Assembly (NCBI GenBank): GCA_021731245.1 | Contig: JAKFXT010000019.1 | Span: forward strand, 1-55,153 | Source: Patescibacteria group bacterium | Lineage (GTDB): Bacteria > Patescibacteriota > Minisyncoccia > Phycocordibacterales > JAKFXT01 | DNA length: 55,153 bases | Reading direction: 5' to 3' | In this document: positions 10,362 to 18,766 of the stretch, piece by piece | Position numbering within the stretch: position 1 is the first letter of the stretch | How the letters are laid out: each line of letters opens with the position of its first letter | Position numbers and translations under genes: made by a program | The notes under the pieces: model-generated | Seen by the model: only the letters and a program-made list of their open reading frames with translations | Databases searched by the model: none | Told to the model about the DNA's origin: nothing

Positions 10362-10973
10362 TTATTCTTCTTTTTGCTCTTCTGTTACTTCTTCTATTTT
10401 TTCTTCGGAAAGAATTTCATCCGGCGAGCGATATCCTTTTCTTGGACGTCTCTCGCCTCCTCTCCCACTACCCAATAAATATTTTCTAGGGTTCTCGCAG
10501 AGATCAAAGAAATCATCGGTTGCTTCTTTCAAAGCGCTTGATGTTGATTTACCAAAAGAAACTACTTCTACTTGGCAACCGAAACTATTTCGAAGGAATT
10601 CAACTAAAGGAGCGAAGTCGCCATCTCCTGTTGCAAGAATTACAGTATCTAATTTTGGTGCCATGCGAATTGCATCCACCGCAAGTCCGACATCCCAGTC
10701 GGCCTTTTTTGCTCCACCCCAAAATACTTGGAGATCTTTGGTTTTTATTTCAATGCCCATTTTTGTTAGGGCCTCAAAAAAATTTGTTTCATCTCCCGCT
10801 TCTGTGGTGATGACGTAAGCAATAACGCGAATAAGTTCACGTCCTGCAACGGCATCTTTTACTACTTGGCCAAAGTTTACTTTACCGTGGTAAAGATTTT
10901 TGGCGCTATGATATAGGTTTTGGGCGTCGATAAACATACCGACACGCTGACCTTGGTGTTTTATTACACTCAT
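10362..10973 (-). CDS. NYN/LabA-DUF88 (PIN-like) domain protein
   Basis: FIDAQNLY, KKADWDVGLAVD and TGDGDFAPL acidic PIN-fold motifs. Confidence 0.9.
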   Translation of the reverse strand: MSVIKHQGQRVGMFIDAQNLYHSAKNLYHGKVNFGQVVKDAVAGRELIRVIAYVITTEAGDETNFFEALTKMGIEIKTKDLQVFWGGAKKADWDVGLAVDAIRMAPKLDTVILATGDGDFAPLVEFLRNSFGCQVEVVSFGKSTSSALKEATDDFFDLCENPRKYLLGSGRGGERRPRKGYRSPDEILSEEKIEEVTEEQKEE

Positions 10974-11072
10974 AAAAATTTGTTTGTCCTAAATTTCCAA
11001 AGGAAATTAGGCAACTAATTACTAAATTATTAAAAAATCGACAACACTTACCTTGAAAAAAGAAAAAACTAA

Positions 11073-11339
11073 CTATTTACTAAGTTCTAGTTTTTTGACG
11101 ACAGAAGCGTAGCGTTTTTCGCTCTTCTTCTTTAAATATGCCATATGGGTGCGACGATCCGCTACCATTTGCAAAAGTCCTCGGCGGGAATGCTTATCCT
11201 TTGGGTTTTTCTTTAAATGACCCGCCAATTCATCAATTCTCTTACTTAATATAGAAATCTGGACCTCAGGAGACCCTGTGTCCTTATCGTGTTTTTGCAC
11301 GACTTTTATTGCTTTTTCCTTCTTTTTCTTAGTAAGCAT
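11073..11339 (-). CDS. rpsO: 30S ribosomal protein S15
   Basis: DTGSPEVQI and KDKHSRRGLLQMV. Confidence 0.97.
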   Translation of the reverse strand: MLTKKKKEKAIKVVQKHDKDTGSPEVQISILSKRIDELAGHLKKNPKDKHSRRGLLQMVADRRTHMAYLKKKSEKRYASVVKKLELSK

Positions 11340-11412
11340 TACTCTATACATTAGCAGATTTTGGGCCTTTTGGCAATGACCTCAAAAAGGGGGTATAATA
11401 TTGTGCGACACC

Positions 11413-11886
11413 ATGGAAAAACTCCCGAATCAGGAAGGATTGGACATAAGGCTTAGAAAGGCCAATATCGAGAACATTCCTGTTCTCATAGAAATTGAAG
11501 AAAGTGCGGGAAATCTTCGTATTTACTCCCCCACCTTAACTGAAGCGGAATGGATTAAGGAGCTTCAGAAAGCAAAAGTTTTTCTTGTAGAAAAAAATGG
11601 AATTGTTGCTGGCAATGTTTCCTATGAAATAAAGAGCAAGGATGAGGCTTATGTTTCTGGCTTGATTACCAAACCAGAATTTCAAGGTAAAGGTGTTGGG
11701 CGCAAGGCTTTGGAAATGATTCTGGATGAATTGAAAGATTACAAAAGAATTACTTTAGTAACTCACCCTGATAATAAAAATGCTTTAGAATTATATAAAT
11801 CATTTGGTTTTGAAATTGAATTTCAAAGTGAAAATCATTTTGGTGATGGAGAAGCGAGAGTTTTTATGGCTTTGGAGAAAAAGTAA
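11413..11886 (+). CDS. GNAT family N-acetyltransferase
   Basis: PEFQGKGVGR acetyl-CoA motif and N..ALELYKSFGF. Confidence 0.9.
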   Translation: MEKLPNQEGLDIRLRKANIENIPVLIEIEESAGNLRIYSPTLTEAEWIKELQKAKVFLVEKNGIVAGNVSYEIKSKDEAYVSGLITKPEFQGKGVGRKALEMILDELKDYKRITLVTHPDNKNALELYKSFGFEIEFQSENHFGDGEARVFMALEKK

Positions 11887-11892
11887 ATATGT

Positions 11893-12816
11893 ATGGCAAC
11901 TGAAATTGAAAATCTAAAAAGGCAGTTTCTGGAATATGTAGAAATTGAAAAGGGGCGCTCTCTGAAGACTGTAGAAAACTATGACCACTACCTCACTCGA
12001 TTTTTTGGTTTTGTGAAGATTAGTAAGCCCTCACAAATAACGGACGATAATATTCGCGAGTTTCGTCTTTGGTTGAATCGTCAAGAAGGGCAAAGAGAAA
12101 AAGGATTAAGTGCCGGAACCCTTAAAAAGAAAACTCAAAATTATTATTTAATAGCTCTTCGTTCATTTTTAAAGTATTTAATGAGAAGAGGGATTGAGTC
12201 TCTCCCACCAGACAGAATTGAACTTGCAAAAGTTGGTGAAAGACATTTGGATTTAATTTCTAATGATGAACTTAATCGCTTGCTTAATGCGGCCAAAGGG
12301 ACTGATGAAAAAAGTTTACGTGACAGAGCTATTCTAGAATTACTTTTCTCAACTGGTCTTCGTGTGTCAGAGCTTTGTTCCCTGCCGCGCGACCTAGATA
12401 TTAAACAGGACAGCACTCCTATTAGAGGTAAGGGGGAAAAAATCCGCGTAGTATTTTTTTCTGACACAGCGAAAAAGGCGCTGACAGAATATTTGAAAGT
12501 ACGTAAAGATATGGACGAAGCACTTTTTGTAAATGTCGGCAAATCAAAAAAGGAAGATAAGGAAAGACGTCTCACTCCGCGTTCAATTGAAAGATTGGTA
12601 AAGTTTTATGCAATTAAAGCTGGGATTTCTAAAAAAGTTACTCCTCACGTAATACGCCACTCATTTGCAACAGATTTGCTTAACAATGGAGCTGATTTAC
12701 GTTCCGTCCAAGCGCTTTTAGGTCACGCCAACATTGGCACCACGCAAATATATACTCACGTTACCGACGTGCACTTGCGAGACGTGCATAAGAAGTTTCA
12801 TGGCAAGAAAAAGTGA
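11893..12816 (+). CDS. xerC: tyrosine recombinase XerC/XerD family
   Basis: RDRAILELLFSTGLRVSEL, GKGEK, TPHVIRHSFAT and LLGHANIGTTQIYTHV (full R-K-H-R-H-Y set); XerC versus XerD cannot be resolved. Confidence 0.85.
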   Translation: MATEIENLKRQFLEYVEIEKGRSLKTVENYDHYLTRFFGFVKISKPSQITDDNIREFRLWLNRQEGQREKGLSAGTLKKKTQNYYLIALRSFLKYLMRRGIESLPPDRIELAKVGERHLDLISNDELNRLLNAAKGTDEKSLRDRAILELLFSTGLRVSELCSLPRDLDIKQDSTPIRGKGEKIRVVFFSDTAKKALTEYLKVRKDMDEALFVNVGKSKKEDKERRLTPRSIERLVKFYAIKAGISKKVTPHVIRHSFATDLLNNGADLRSVQALLGHANIGTTQIYTHVTDVHLRDVHKKFHGKKK

Positions 12817-12834
12817 AAATGATAAAATAAAAGA

Positions 12835-13629
12835 ATGATTCAATATTTGCTTCATGGGTATTTAAATCCCTCTCCACTTTTTCTAATTCTGTTTTTTATT
12901 ATTACTTCCCTACTCACCCTCCTCGCTGTTTCTTGTTTTTTACACCGTTCACAAACACATCGTTCTGTTACTCTCTCTGCTCCCATAAGTCATATTTTTC
13001 GATTTATTCTTTGGATTTTTACAGGAATGGTAACTAAAGAATGGGTGGCAATTCACAGAAAACATCACGCTTTTTGTGACGTCGAGGGCGATCCTCACTC
13101 ACCCAGATTTTTGGGACTCAAAAAAGTATTTTTTGAAGGAGCGGATATTTATACAAAGGAAGGAAAAAACAATAAACCCTTGCTCGATGAGTATGGAAAA
13201 GGAACGCCGGATGATTGGATGGAGAGAAATGTGTATGGAGGAAACAGAAGATATTTGGGTATTGGAATTGCTTTTGCTATTGAATTATTTTTGTTTGGGC
13301 TTCCAGCCATAATTATTTGGGCCGGACAAATGCTCGTCATTCCTGTGATTGCCGCAGGTTTTATAAATGGAGTGGCGCACGTCATCGGTACACAACGCTA
13401 CAAGGACGGAGATATAAAAGAAAATGGAAAAGTATTTGAAAGAATTGGGGATGCTAGGAATGTGCCAACTTTTGGTTTAGCGGTTGGTGAAGAATTTCAT
13501 AATAATCATCATGCGTATCAAGACAGATTTAAATTTTCACACAAGTGGTGGGAGTTTGATTTGGCGGGAACATTTATAGAAATTTTGTGCTTATTCAAAT
13601 TAGCAGAAGTTCCGAAAAGACAAAAATAA
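12835..13629 (+). CDS. membrane fatty acid (delta-9 type) desaturase
   Basis: Three His boxes (HRSQTH, HRKHH, HNNHH), GDPHSP motif and TM segments. Confidence 0.9.
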   Translation: MIQYLLHGYLNPSPLFLILFFIITSLLTLLAVSCFLHRSQTHRSVTLSAPISHIFRFILWIFTGMVTKEWVAIHRKHHAFCDVEGDPHSPRFLGLKKVFFEGADIYTKEGKNNKPLLDEYGKGTPDDWMERNVYGGNRRYLGIGIAFAIELFLFGLPAIIIWAGQMLVIPVIAAGFINGVAHVIGTQRYKDGDIKENGKVFERIGDARNVPTFGLAVGEEFHNNHHAYQDRFKFSHKWWEFDLAGTFIEILCLFKLAEVPKRQK

Positions 13630-13644
13630 TTATAAAAAAGAAAA

Positions 13645-13666
13645 CGGCGCGTCCCAAGTCGCGCCG
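13645..13666. terminator. hairpin between convergent genes
   Basis: CGGCGCG-N8-CGCGCCG, with an A-run on the left giving a U-tail on the minus strand. Confidence 0.55.
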
Positions 13667-13676
13667 CTGTCGATGA

Positions 13677-14069
13677 TTAGTTCATCACGCTTTTCAATAG
13701 ACACGCCCTCCTTTCTTGGGGATCAAGAACTCGATAAATATACGAACCTGTCTCACAGTTTCTTGCGACGTAAAGCCAAAATCTTGCTGGGTTCCTTTTT
13801 GAATTTTTACGATTTGCCTCCTCGATGATTTCCATTAAAGGCAGAATCGCGAGAGCAACTTTTTGTTCATCAAGGGGACCCATTGCGATTTTTTGGTGGG
13901 GCAAAATACTTAAGCCCCACTCATCTAAATCCTTGATATAGCCATCGTCCCAAACACTTCTGAGCAATCTGCACGTGCTGACGAAGACTTCATCTCCCTC
14001 GGTCAACCACACAGGAAGAGGTGTTCCGTCGTGCGAACTTCTCATGCGAACTGTCATGTCGATGTTCAT
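13677..14069 (-). CDS. hypothetical orphan protein
   Basis: ORF fills the gap; GGGGAGAG SD 5 nt before the ATG at 14069. Confidence 0.65.
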   Translation of the reverse strand: MNIDMTVRMRSSHDGTPLPVWLTEGDEVFVSTCRLLRSVWDDGYIKDLDEWGLSILPHQKIAMGPLDEQKVALAILPLMEIIEEANRKNSKRNPARFWLYVARNCETGSYIYRVLDPQERRACLLKSVMN

Positions 14070-14135
14070 GGACACTCTCCCCGAAGTTGAGTTGAATGAC
14101 CTGCCTAATTAATAGTGTATGCTAAAATCAAAATA

Positions 14136-14903
14136 ATGAAAATAATTTCTTGGAATGTTAATGGTTTGCGGGCGGTGCATAGAAAAGAGTCACTCCCTCC
14201 TATTTGGAAAATGAACCCAGATATATTTTTTATAAATGAGACTAAAGCGCACCCCGAGCAACTTCCAGAAGAATTACAAAAACCGAAGGACTATTTTGCC
14301 TATTTCAACTCCGCCACTACTCGCAAAGGCTATTCTGGAGTTGCACTTTACAGCAAAGTGAAGCCAGATATGGTGGTTTATGATGTGAAAAAGATAAAAG
14401 ACGAAGAAGGTCGCTATATTGAAGCTCATTATGGAAAACTTGTAGTGATTGGTTGCTACTTTCCAAATGGTGGAGGTGAACCCCATCGTCTTAAATACAA
14501 ATTAGCCTTTTATGATCAGTTTTTGGAACACATTGAGAGTTTGAGAAAAAGTGGACACTCAATAATTTTCTGCGGTGATGTGAACGCGGCGCATGAGCCG
14601 ATAGATTTGGCGCGCCCAAAAGAAAATGACGGTGAAATTGGTTTTCTTCCGGAAGAAAGGGCTTGGATAGATGAACTTGAGTATTCGGGATATGTAGATA
14701 TTTGGAGAGAATTAAACTCAACTAAAGTGCAGTACACTTGGTGGGATGTGAAAACCGCTTCTCGCGAAAGGAATGTGGGTTGGCGTATAGACTACTTCTT
14801 TATAGGCAATAACTTAGTCAAAAAAGTGAAAAAAGTGGCCATACTAGATGAGATTTACGGCTCTGACCACTGCCCTATCTTGCTCGACATAGATTTAAAG
14901 TAG
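14136..14903 (+). CDS. xth: exodeoxyribonuclease III
   Basis: ISWNVNGLRA, GYSGVA, YFPNG, CGDVN, GWRIDY and GSDHCP. Confidence 0.96.
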   Translation: MKIISWNVNGLRAVHRKESLPPIWKMNPDIFFINETKAHPEQLPEELQKPKDYFAYFNSATTRKGYSGVALYSKVKPDMVVYDVKKIKDEEGRYIEAHYGKLVVIGCYFPNGGGEPHRLKYKLAFYDQFLEHIESLRKSGHSIIFCGDVNAAHEPIDLARPKENDGEIGFLPEERAWIDELEYSGYVDIWRELNSTKVQYTWWDVKTASRERNVGWRIDYFFIGNNLVKKVKKVAILDEIYGSDHCPILLDIDLK

Positions 14904-14923
14904 AAGAAAAATCACTATCCACA

Positions 14924-14966
14924 TATATGTCCTTTACATGTCTTTTAAAGGACATATAATTGTCCT
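14924..14966 (+). promoter_or_regulatory. promoter overlapped by an operator-like inverted repeat
   Basis: TTTACA(14933)-N16-TATAAT(14955); perfect 13-bp IR TATATGTCCTTTA-N9-TAAAGGACATATA. Confidence 0.6.
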
Positions 14967-15358
14967 AGACAAATAAGCAAAAGTTCTTTACACAATTTTT
15001 TTTGAAGACATTAATTTTGTCTTCTTCCTTCCTCTTATTCTTTTAGACGCTCGTTTAAAAGAAACAAGTCACAAGGAATTCTTGGGCCCGACTAGTTTGC
15101 TATATAAATCGCATAACCTCACGAACATATAGGGATTCGGTATAAAGAGTCTTAAAGTTTAGGACTTTCTACACCGAATCTCATTGGAATTTGGGTTAAA
15201 AGATTCAGCAAGCATAGGCAAGTACCTGGGGATCACCTCAGTGAAAACAAAAGCGCCTTAACAACGGCGATTACACTTTTTTCGACTTCTTCTCACTTCA
15301 ATTAGAAGTCATGTTCTTTGTAAGCGTAATCACAGATGTTTGGCGCTTTTTTTGTTTC
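14967..15358 (+). ncRNA. candidate structured non-coding RNA, family unknown
   Basis: No credible ORF; upstream promoter, boxA-like GTTCTTTACACAATTT, several hairpins, two long rods with G-U pairs favouring the + strand, and a 3' U-run. Confidence 0.5.
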
Positions 15359-15365
15359 CCTCTAT

Positions 15366-16850
15366 TTACTCTACAAAGTATTTTCCTCGTATTTCTTTCA
15401 CTTTCTTTTCTTGTTCTTCTTCTTTTTTATTTTTTCCTTGTTTCCCCAATTTTTCTAATTCACTAATTTCTAGTTTATTTAATTCACCGGCTTTCTTTTC
15501 TAAATATTCAATAGTGTTTAACTCAGGATTGTCTAACACCTCTTCAAAAAGGGCGTGCAAAATGTAGCCAATTTTGGGCCCTGGAGGTATGCCAAGCACC
15601 TTCATTATGGAATCCCCCTTTATCTTGAGCATTCCCACAGATATTGGGTCTTGCAGTGCCTCTTCCACCATAGATTTATACTTTCTGAACCTATAGGGGT
15701 TTTCCTTAGGTCTTCCTGTGCCTATACGGTCACAAATACGCAAATTCATAAGTTCCCAAACATCTTCTTTGCCAATGTTGGATATTAAGCGTCGGACAGC
15801 AGAAAGGGTTATTTGTTCTGGGTCAGAGAAGAACATATGCCAGCGGACCATCTTCGCGACTTTCTCAACTCGGACAGACGAGAATTTAAGCTCTGTAAGG
15901 ATTTTTTTGGTTAATTTTCCACCGACGACATCGTGTCCGTGAAAGGTATAGTCATCTTTTTCTTTAGAAAAGCGCCTTGTCTCAGGTTTGGAGACATCAT
16001 GGAACAAAGAAGCTAATCTTAAGTCTATTCCCCACTTTTTATCCGCTGCGTGCTGTAAGGTACGCAAATTATGCTCAAAAACATCATATTTATGGGCTTG
16101 ATTCTGCTCTACGCCTATTCCCCTCTCTAAATCTTTGGCAATGTATTGTAAAACCTTTAATTTTAGGGCTAATTCTAGGCCTTTTTTGGGTTCGTCTGAC
16201 ATTAAAATACGAGAAAACTCATCCCGAATACGCTCTTTGGATATCTTTTCCAGCATTTTAGCCTTATTTTGTATAGCTTTTTCGGTATTCTGTTCAATTT
16301 CAAAGCCAATTTCCGCTGAAAGGCGTATTGCGCGCAGGATTCTCAAAGCGTCTTCCTCAAATCTGTCTTCCCCTTTCCCTACCGCACGTATAATTTTGTC
16401 CTTTATATCTTTCTGACCATCGTAGGGGTCCACAATTTTCCCAGTATTTCCGTCCAAGGCGATGGCATTAATAGTGAAGTCACGACGCTTCAAATCATCT
16501 CCCAAGTTCTTACTGAAGCTCACCTTGTCTGGGTGCCTTGCGTTTGAGTAAGTTCCTTCTTCGCGATAAGTGGTGACCTCCACAACCTTCAAACTTTCGT
16601 CGGTTGCCTCGTCATTTACTACCCCCACTGTGCCGAAGGTATTTTCATAAAAAGCATGGGGGAAAATCTGGGTGATTTCTTCCGGTGTGGCGATGGTGGT
16701 GATGTCCCAATCTTTGGGATTTTGACCGCGAAGTAGATCGCGGACACAGCCTCCAACTAGGTAGTTTTCGTACCCTGCTTTTTGTAAAGCAGAAGACACG
16801 GCCAGGACTTCTTTTGGTATCTCTATTCCGTCTGTTGAAGCTCTTTTCAT
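15366..16850 (-). CDS. cca: CCA tRNA nucleotidyltransferase with HD domain
   Basis: VGGCVRDLL, DWD, RRDFTINA, RFEEDALRILRA and LFHD; start at 16850 supported by TGA-TACAAT-N7-ATG. Confidence 0.93.
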   Translation of the reverse strand: MKRASTDGIEIPKEVLAVSSALQKAGYENYLVGGCVRDLLRGQNPKDWDITTIATPEEITQIFPHAFYENTFGTVGVVNDEATDESLKVVEVTTYREEGTYSNARHPDKVSFSKNLGDDLKRRDFTINAIALDGNTGKIVDPYDGQKDIKDKIIRAVGKGEDRFEEDALRILRAIRLSAEIGFEIEQNTEKAIQNKAKMLEKISKERIRDEFSRILMSDEPKKGLELALKLKVLQYIAKDLERGIGVEQNQAHKYDVFEHNLRTLQHAADKKWGIDLRLASLFHDVSKPETRRFSKEKDDYTFHGHDVVGGKLTKKILTELKFSSVRVEKVAKMVRWHMFFSDPEQITLSAVRRLISNIGKEDVWELMNLRICDRIGTGRPKENPYRFRKYKSMVEEALQDPISVGMLKIKGDSIMKVLGIPPGPKIGYILHALFEEVLDNPELNTIEYLEKKAGELNKLEISELEKLGKQGKNKKEEEQEKKVKEIRGKYFVE

Positions 16851-16951
16851 TTCGAATATTGTATCATAATTCCCCACTTTTATACTACTCAATACCCATT
16901 TTAAGCTTGTTTTATATAGGGTTGTATATATAATATGTTATATAACAATAT

Positions 16952-17623
16952 ATGAGTGTTTCAATTAAAGAACAATCCATTCTACTCCGAAAAAATGGGG
17001 CTACTTACTCCGAAATTTCTGCCAAACTTAAGGTAAGTCGGGGCCTTCTTTCCAAGTGGTTTGTAGGACTTCCCTTGTCCTCTTCCGAAAAAGAGGGCCT
17101 TTTGAAGCATCAAAAAGAGGTGGTTCTTAGAAGTCGAAGTAAGAGCAAATTGAGTCGCCAAATGAAGAAGGTTTTTGGCGAAAGACAGGCGCTTGTGGGT
17201 GGGCAAAAAAGCTTCAAAAAGTTTCAGGCCGACCCTCGATTTTTGGTCGGACTTTCTATGTATCTTTCTCACGGATCATTCAATAACCCATACCTACAAT
17301 TTAGTTCTGATGATGAGGGGGCGGTCCAAATATTCCTAGATTGGCTCATTCGCTTTCTTGCTGTGCCGGTCTCTTCCATTCGCTGTAGATTGTATATAAA
17401 CAGCAATATCCCCTACTCTGAAGCTCAAAGTGGCTGGATTAGGAAAATAGCTATAAATGATAAGCAGTTTTTGAGCCCGGTAGTGTATAAAACTAGACAG
17501 AAATCCAAAGAAAATGGCTCAAATAAAGGGTTTTTACAGATTACTGTGCCAGGTATCAACAATATACGCACCCTTAGCGTTTGGAAAAACCTTCTTTTTG
17601 AGCTTTATAAGAAAAAAGCTTAA
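16952..17623 (+). CDS. HTH + LAGLIDADG-like protein (paralog 1, acidic motif residue replaced)
   Basis: LRKNGATYSEISAKLKVSRGLLSKW HTH; FLVGLSMYLSHG aligns with the GEG motif of paralogs 2 and 3. Confidence 0.7.
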   Translation: MSVSIKEQSILLRKNGATYSEISAKLKVSRGLLSKWFVGLPLSSSEKEGLLKHQKEVVLRSRSKSKLSRQMKKVFGERQALVGGQKSFKKFQADPRFLVGLSMYLSHGSFNNPYLQFSSDDEGAVQIFLDWLIRFLAVPVSSIRCRLYINSNIPYSEAQSGWIRKIAINDKQFLSPVVYKTRQKSKENGSNKGFLQITVPGINNIRTLSVWKNLLFELYKKKA

Positions 17624-17626
17624 TTG

Positions 17627-17698
17627 TGCCCCCGGCAGGACTCGAACCCACAACAACTGATCCGAAGTCAGTTATGATATCCATTTCACCACGAGGGC
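17627..17698 (-). tRNA. tRNA-Arg(TCG), CCA not encoded
   Basis: Minus strand GCCCTCG...ACTGA-CT-TCG-GA-TCAGT...GGTTCGAGTCC...CGGGGGC-A folds as a cloverleaf. Confidence 0.93.
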
Positions 17699-17762
17699 AA
17701 TTCTTAAATAGTAGCTTTAAATTGGTATTTTGTAAAAATGAACTCCCATTATAGTATTATAA

Positions 17763-18428
17763 ATGTATATGAGAACAGATAAGAAAGAAGCTTTTGAATT
17801 AAGGAAGCAAGGAAAAACCTTCAATGAGATTTCTAAGAGTCTTGGCATTTCTAAGGGCACTCTCTCCTTCTGGTTTAAGGGTATTGATTGGTCAAGGGAA
17901 ATTTCGGAAAAGAACTTTGTTTTCAACTACTCCCCTGAAAATATAAAGAAAATGCACATAGCCAGACGTCATATGCTTGATAAAAAATATTTATTAGCAC
18001 GTCAGGAAGCCCTAAACGAATTTGATAAATATAAGGAAGAAACGCAATTTGTGGCTGGTATTGTAGCCTATTCTGGTGAGGGTGATCATTCTGTAAAAAA
18101 TGGTATGGCGCGCATAGCAAATTCAAATCCAGGAATTATCCTTATTTTTAAACGTTTTTTAGAGAAATACTATTTTGAAATGTATAAAAAAATACGTGTA
18201 AGCATATTACTTTATCCGGATTTAAATGATGAGGAGTGTTTAAAATATTGGTCAGAAACTTTAGGTGTCTCAATCAAACAATTCCATAAACCAGTACATA
18301 TAATAGGAAAACATAAAAAAAGACGATTGCGATATGGAGTTGGAAGCCTTATAATCAGCAATAAGTTTTTTAAAATTAAACTTTTGGAATTAGAAAACTT
18401 GTGCTTACAACATTTAGCGCGGATATAG
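17763..18428 (+). CDS. HTH + LAGLIDADG-like protein (paralog 2)
   Basis: LRKQGKTFNEISKSLGISKGTLSFW HTH; FVAGIVAYSGEGD, ANSNP and YWS..LG motifs; stop codon lies inside tRNA-Gly. Confidence 0.75.
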   Translation: MYMRTDKKEAFELRKQGKTFNEISKSLGISKGTLSFWFKGIDWSREISEKNFVFNYSPENIKKMHIARRHMLDKKYLLARQEALNEFDKYKEETQFVAGIVAYSGEGDHSVKNGMARIANSNPGIILIFKRFLEKYYFEMYKKIRVSILLYPDLNDEECLKYWSETLGVSIKQFHKPVHIIGKHKKRRLRYGVGSLIISNKFFKIKLLELENLCLQHLARI

Positions 18429-18492
18429 TTTAGTGGTAGAACGCATGCTTGCCAAGCATGGGGCGGGGTTTCGATTACCCCTATCCGCACCA
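18419..18492 (+). tRNA. tRNA-Gly(GCC), CCA encoded
   Basis: GCGGATA/TATCCGC acceptor stem, CATGC-TT-GCC-AA-GCATG, TTCGATT T-loop and ACCA end. Confidence 0.94.
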
Positions 18493-18575
18493 AAAGGACA
18501 AGAAATAATAATAGACATTGAGATATGTCAAAAAAAAGTCTAAAAAACTCTTTATTTAAGCCAAATTATGAAAGC

Positions 18576-18584
18576 TGTGGATAA
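18576..18584 (-). promoter_or_regulatory. DnaA box
   Basis: TGTGGATAA is a perfect TTATCCACA on the minus strand, in an AT-rich intergenic region. Confidence 0.45.
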
Positions 18585-18690
18585 AAATGGGGATTGTGTT
18601 TATAAAAGACAATTGTAAAAAAGTAAATTTTTGTGCTAAAAGTCATTAAAGAGCCAAAGTAAGCCATTATTTGACAATTTAAGAGTAAAT

Positions 18691-18730
18691 AGTTTCATAT
18701 GAAACAAACAGATAGTTTTCACGTGAAACA
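18691..18730. promoter_or_regulatory. tandem parS-like sites
   Basis: AGTTTCATATGAAACA (18691-18706) and GTTTTCACGTGAAACA (18715-18730) against consensus TGTTTCACGTGAAACA. Confidence 0.75.
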
Positions 18731-18766
18731 CTCAAAGAAGGTAAGAATATAGCTAAAAAATTACAC

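Noticed and set aside
11893-12816. Tyrosine recombinase as a prophage/island integrase or integron integrase
   Set aside because: Xer-like size and motifs, housekeeping context, no att repeats, phage genes or attC array, and no recognisable dif site
14967-15358. RNase P, tmRNA or SRP RNA identity for the ncRNA candidate
   Set aside because: No GAGGAAAGTCC, no tRNA-like ends or tag frame, and no SRP domain IV motif seen on either strand
18500-18760. oriC itself
   Set aside because: Only one perfect DnaA box and no dnaA/dnaN nearby; this supports origin proximity at most
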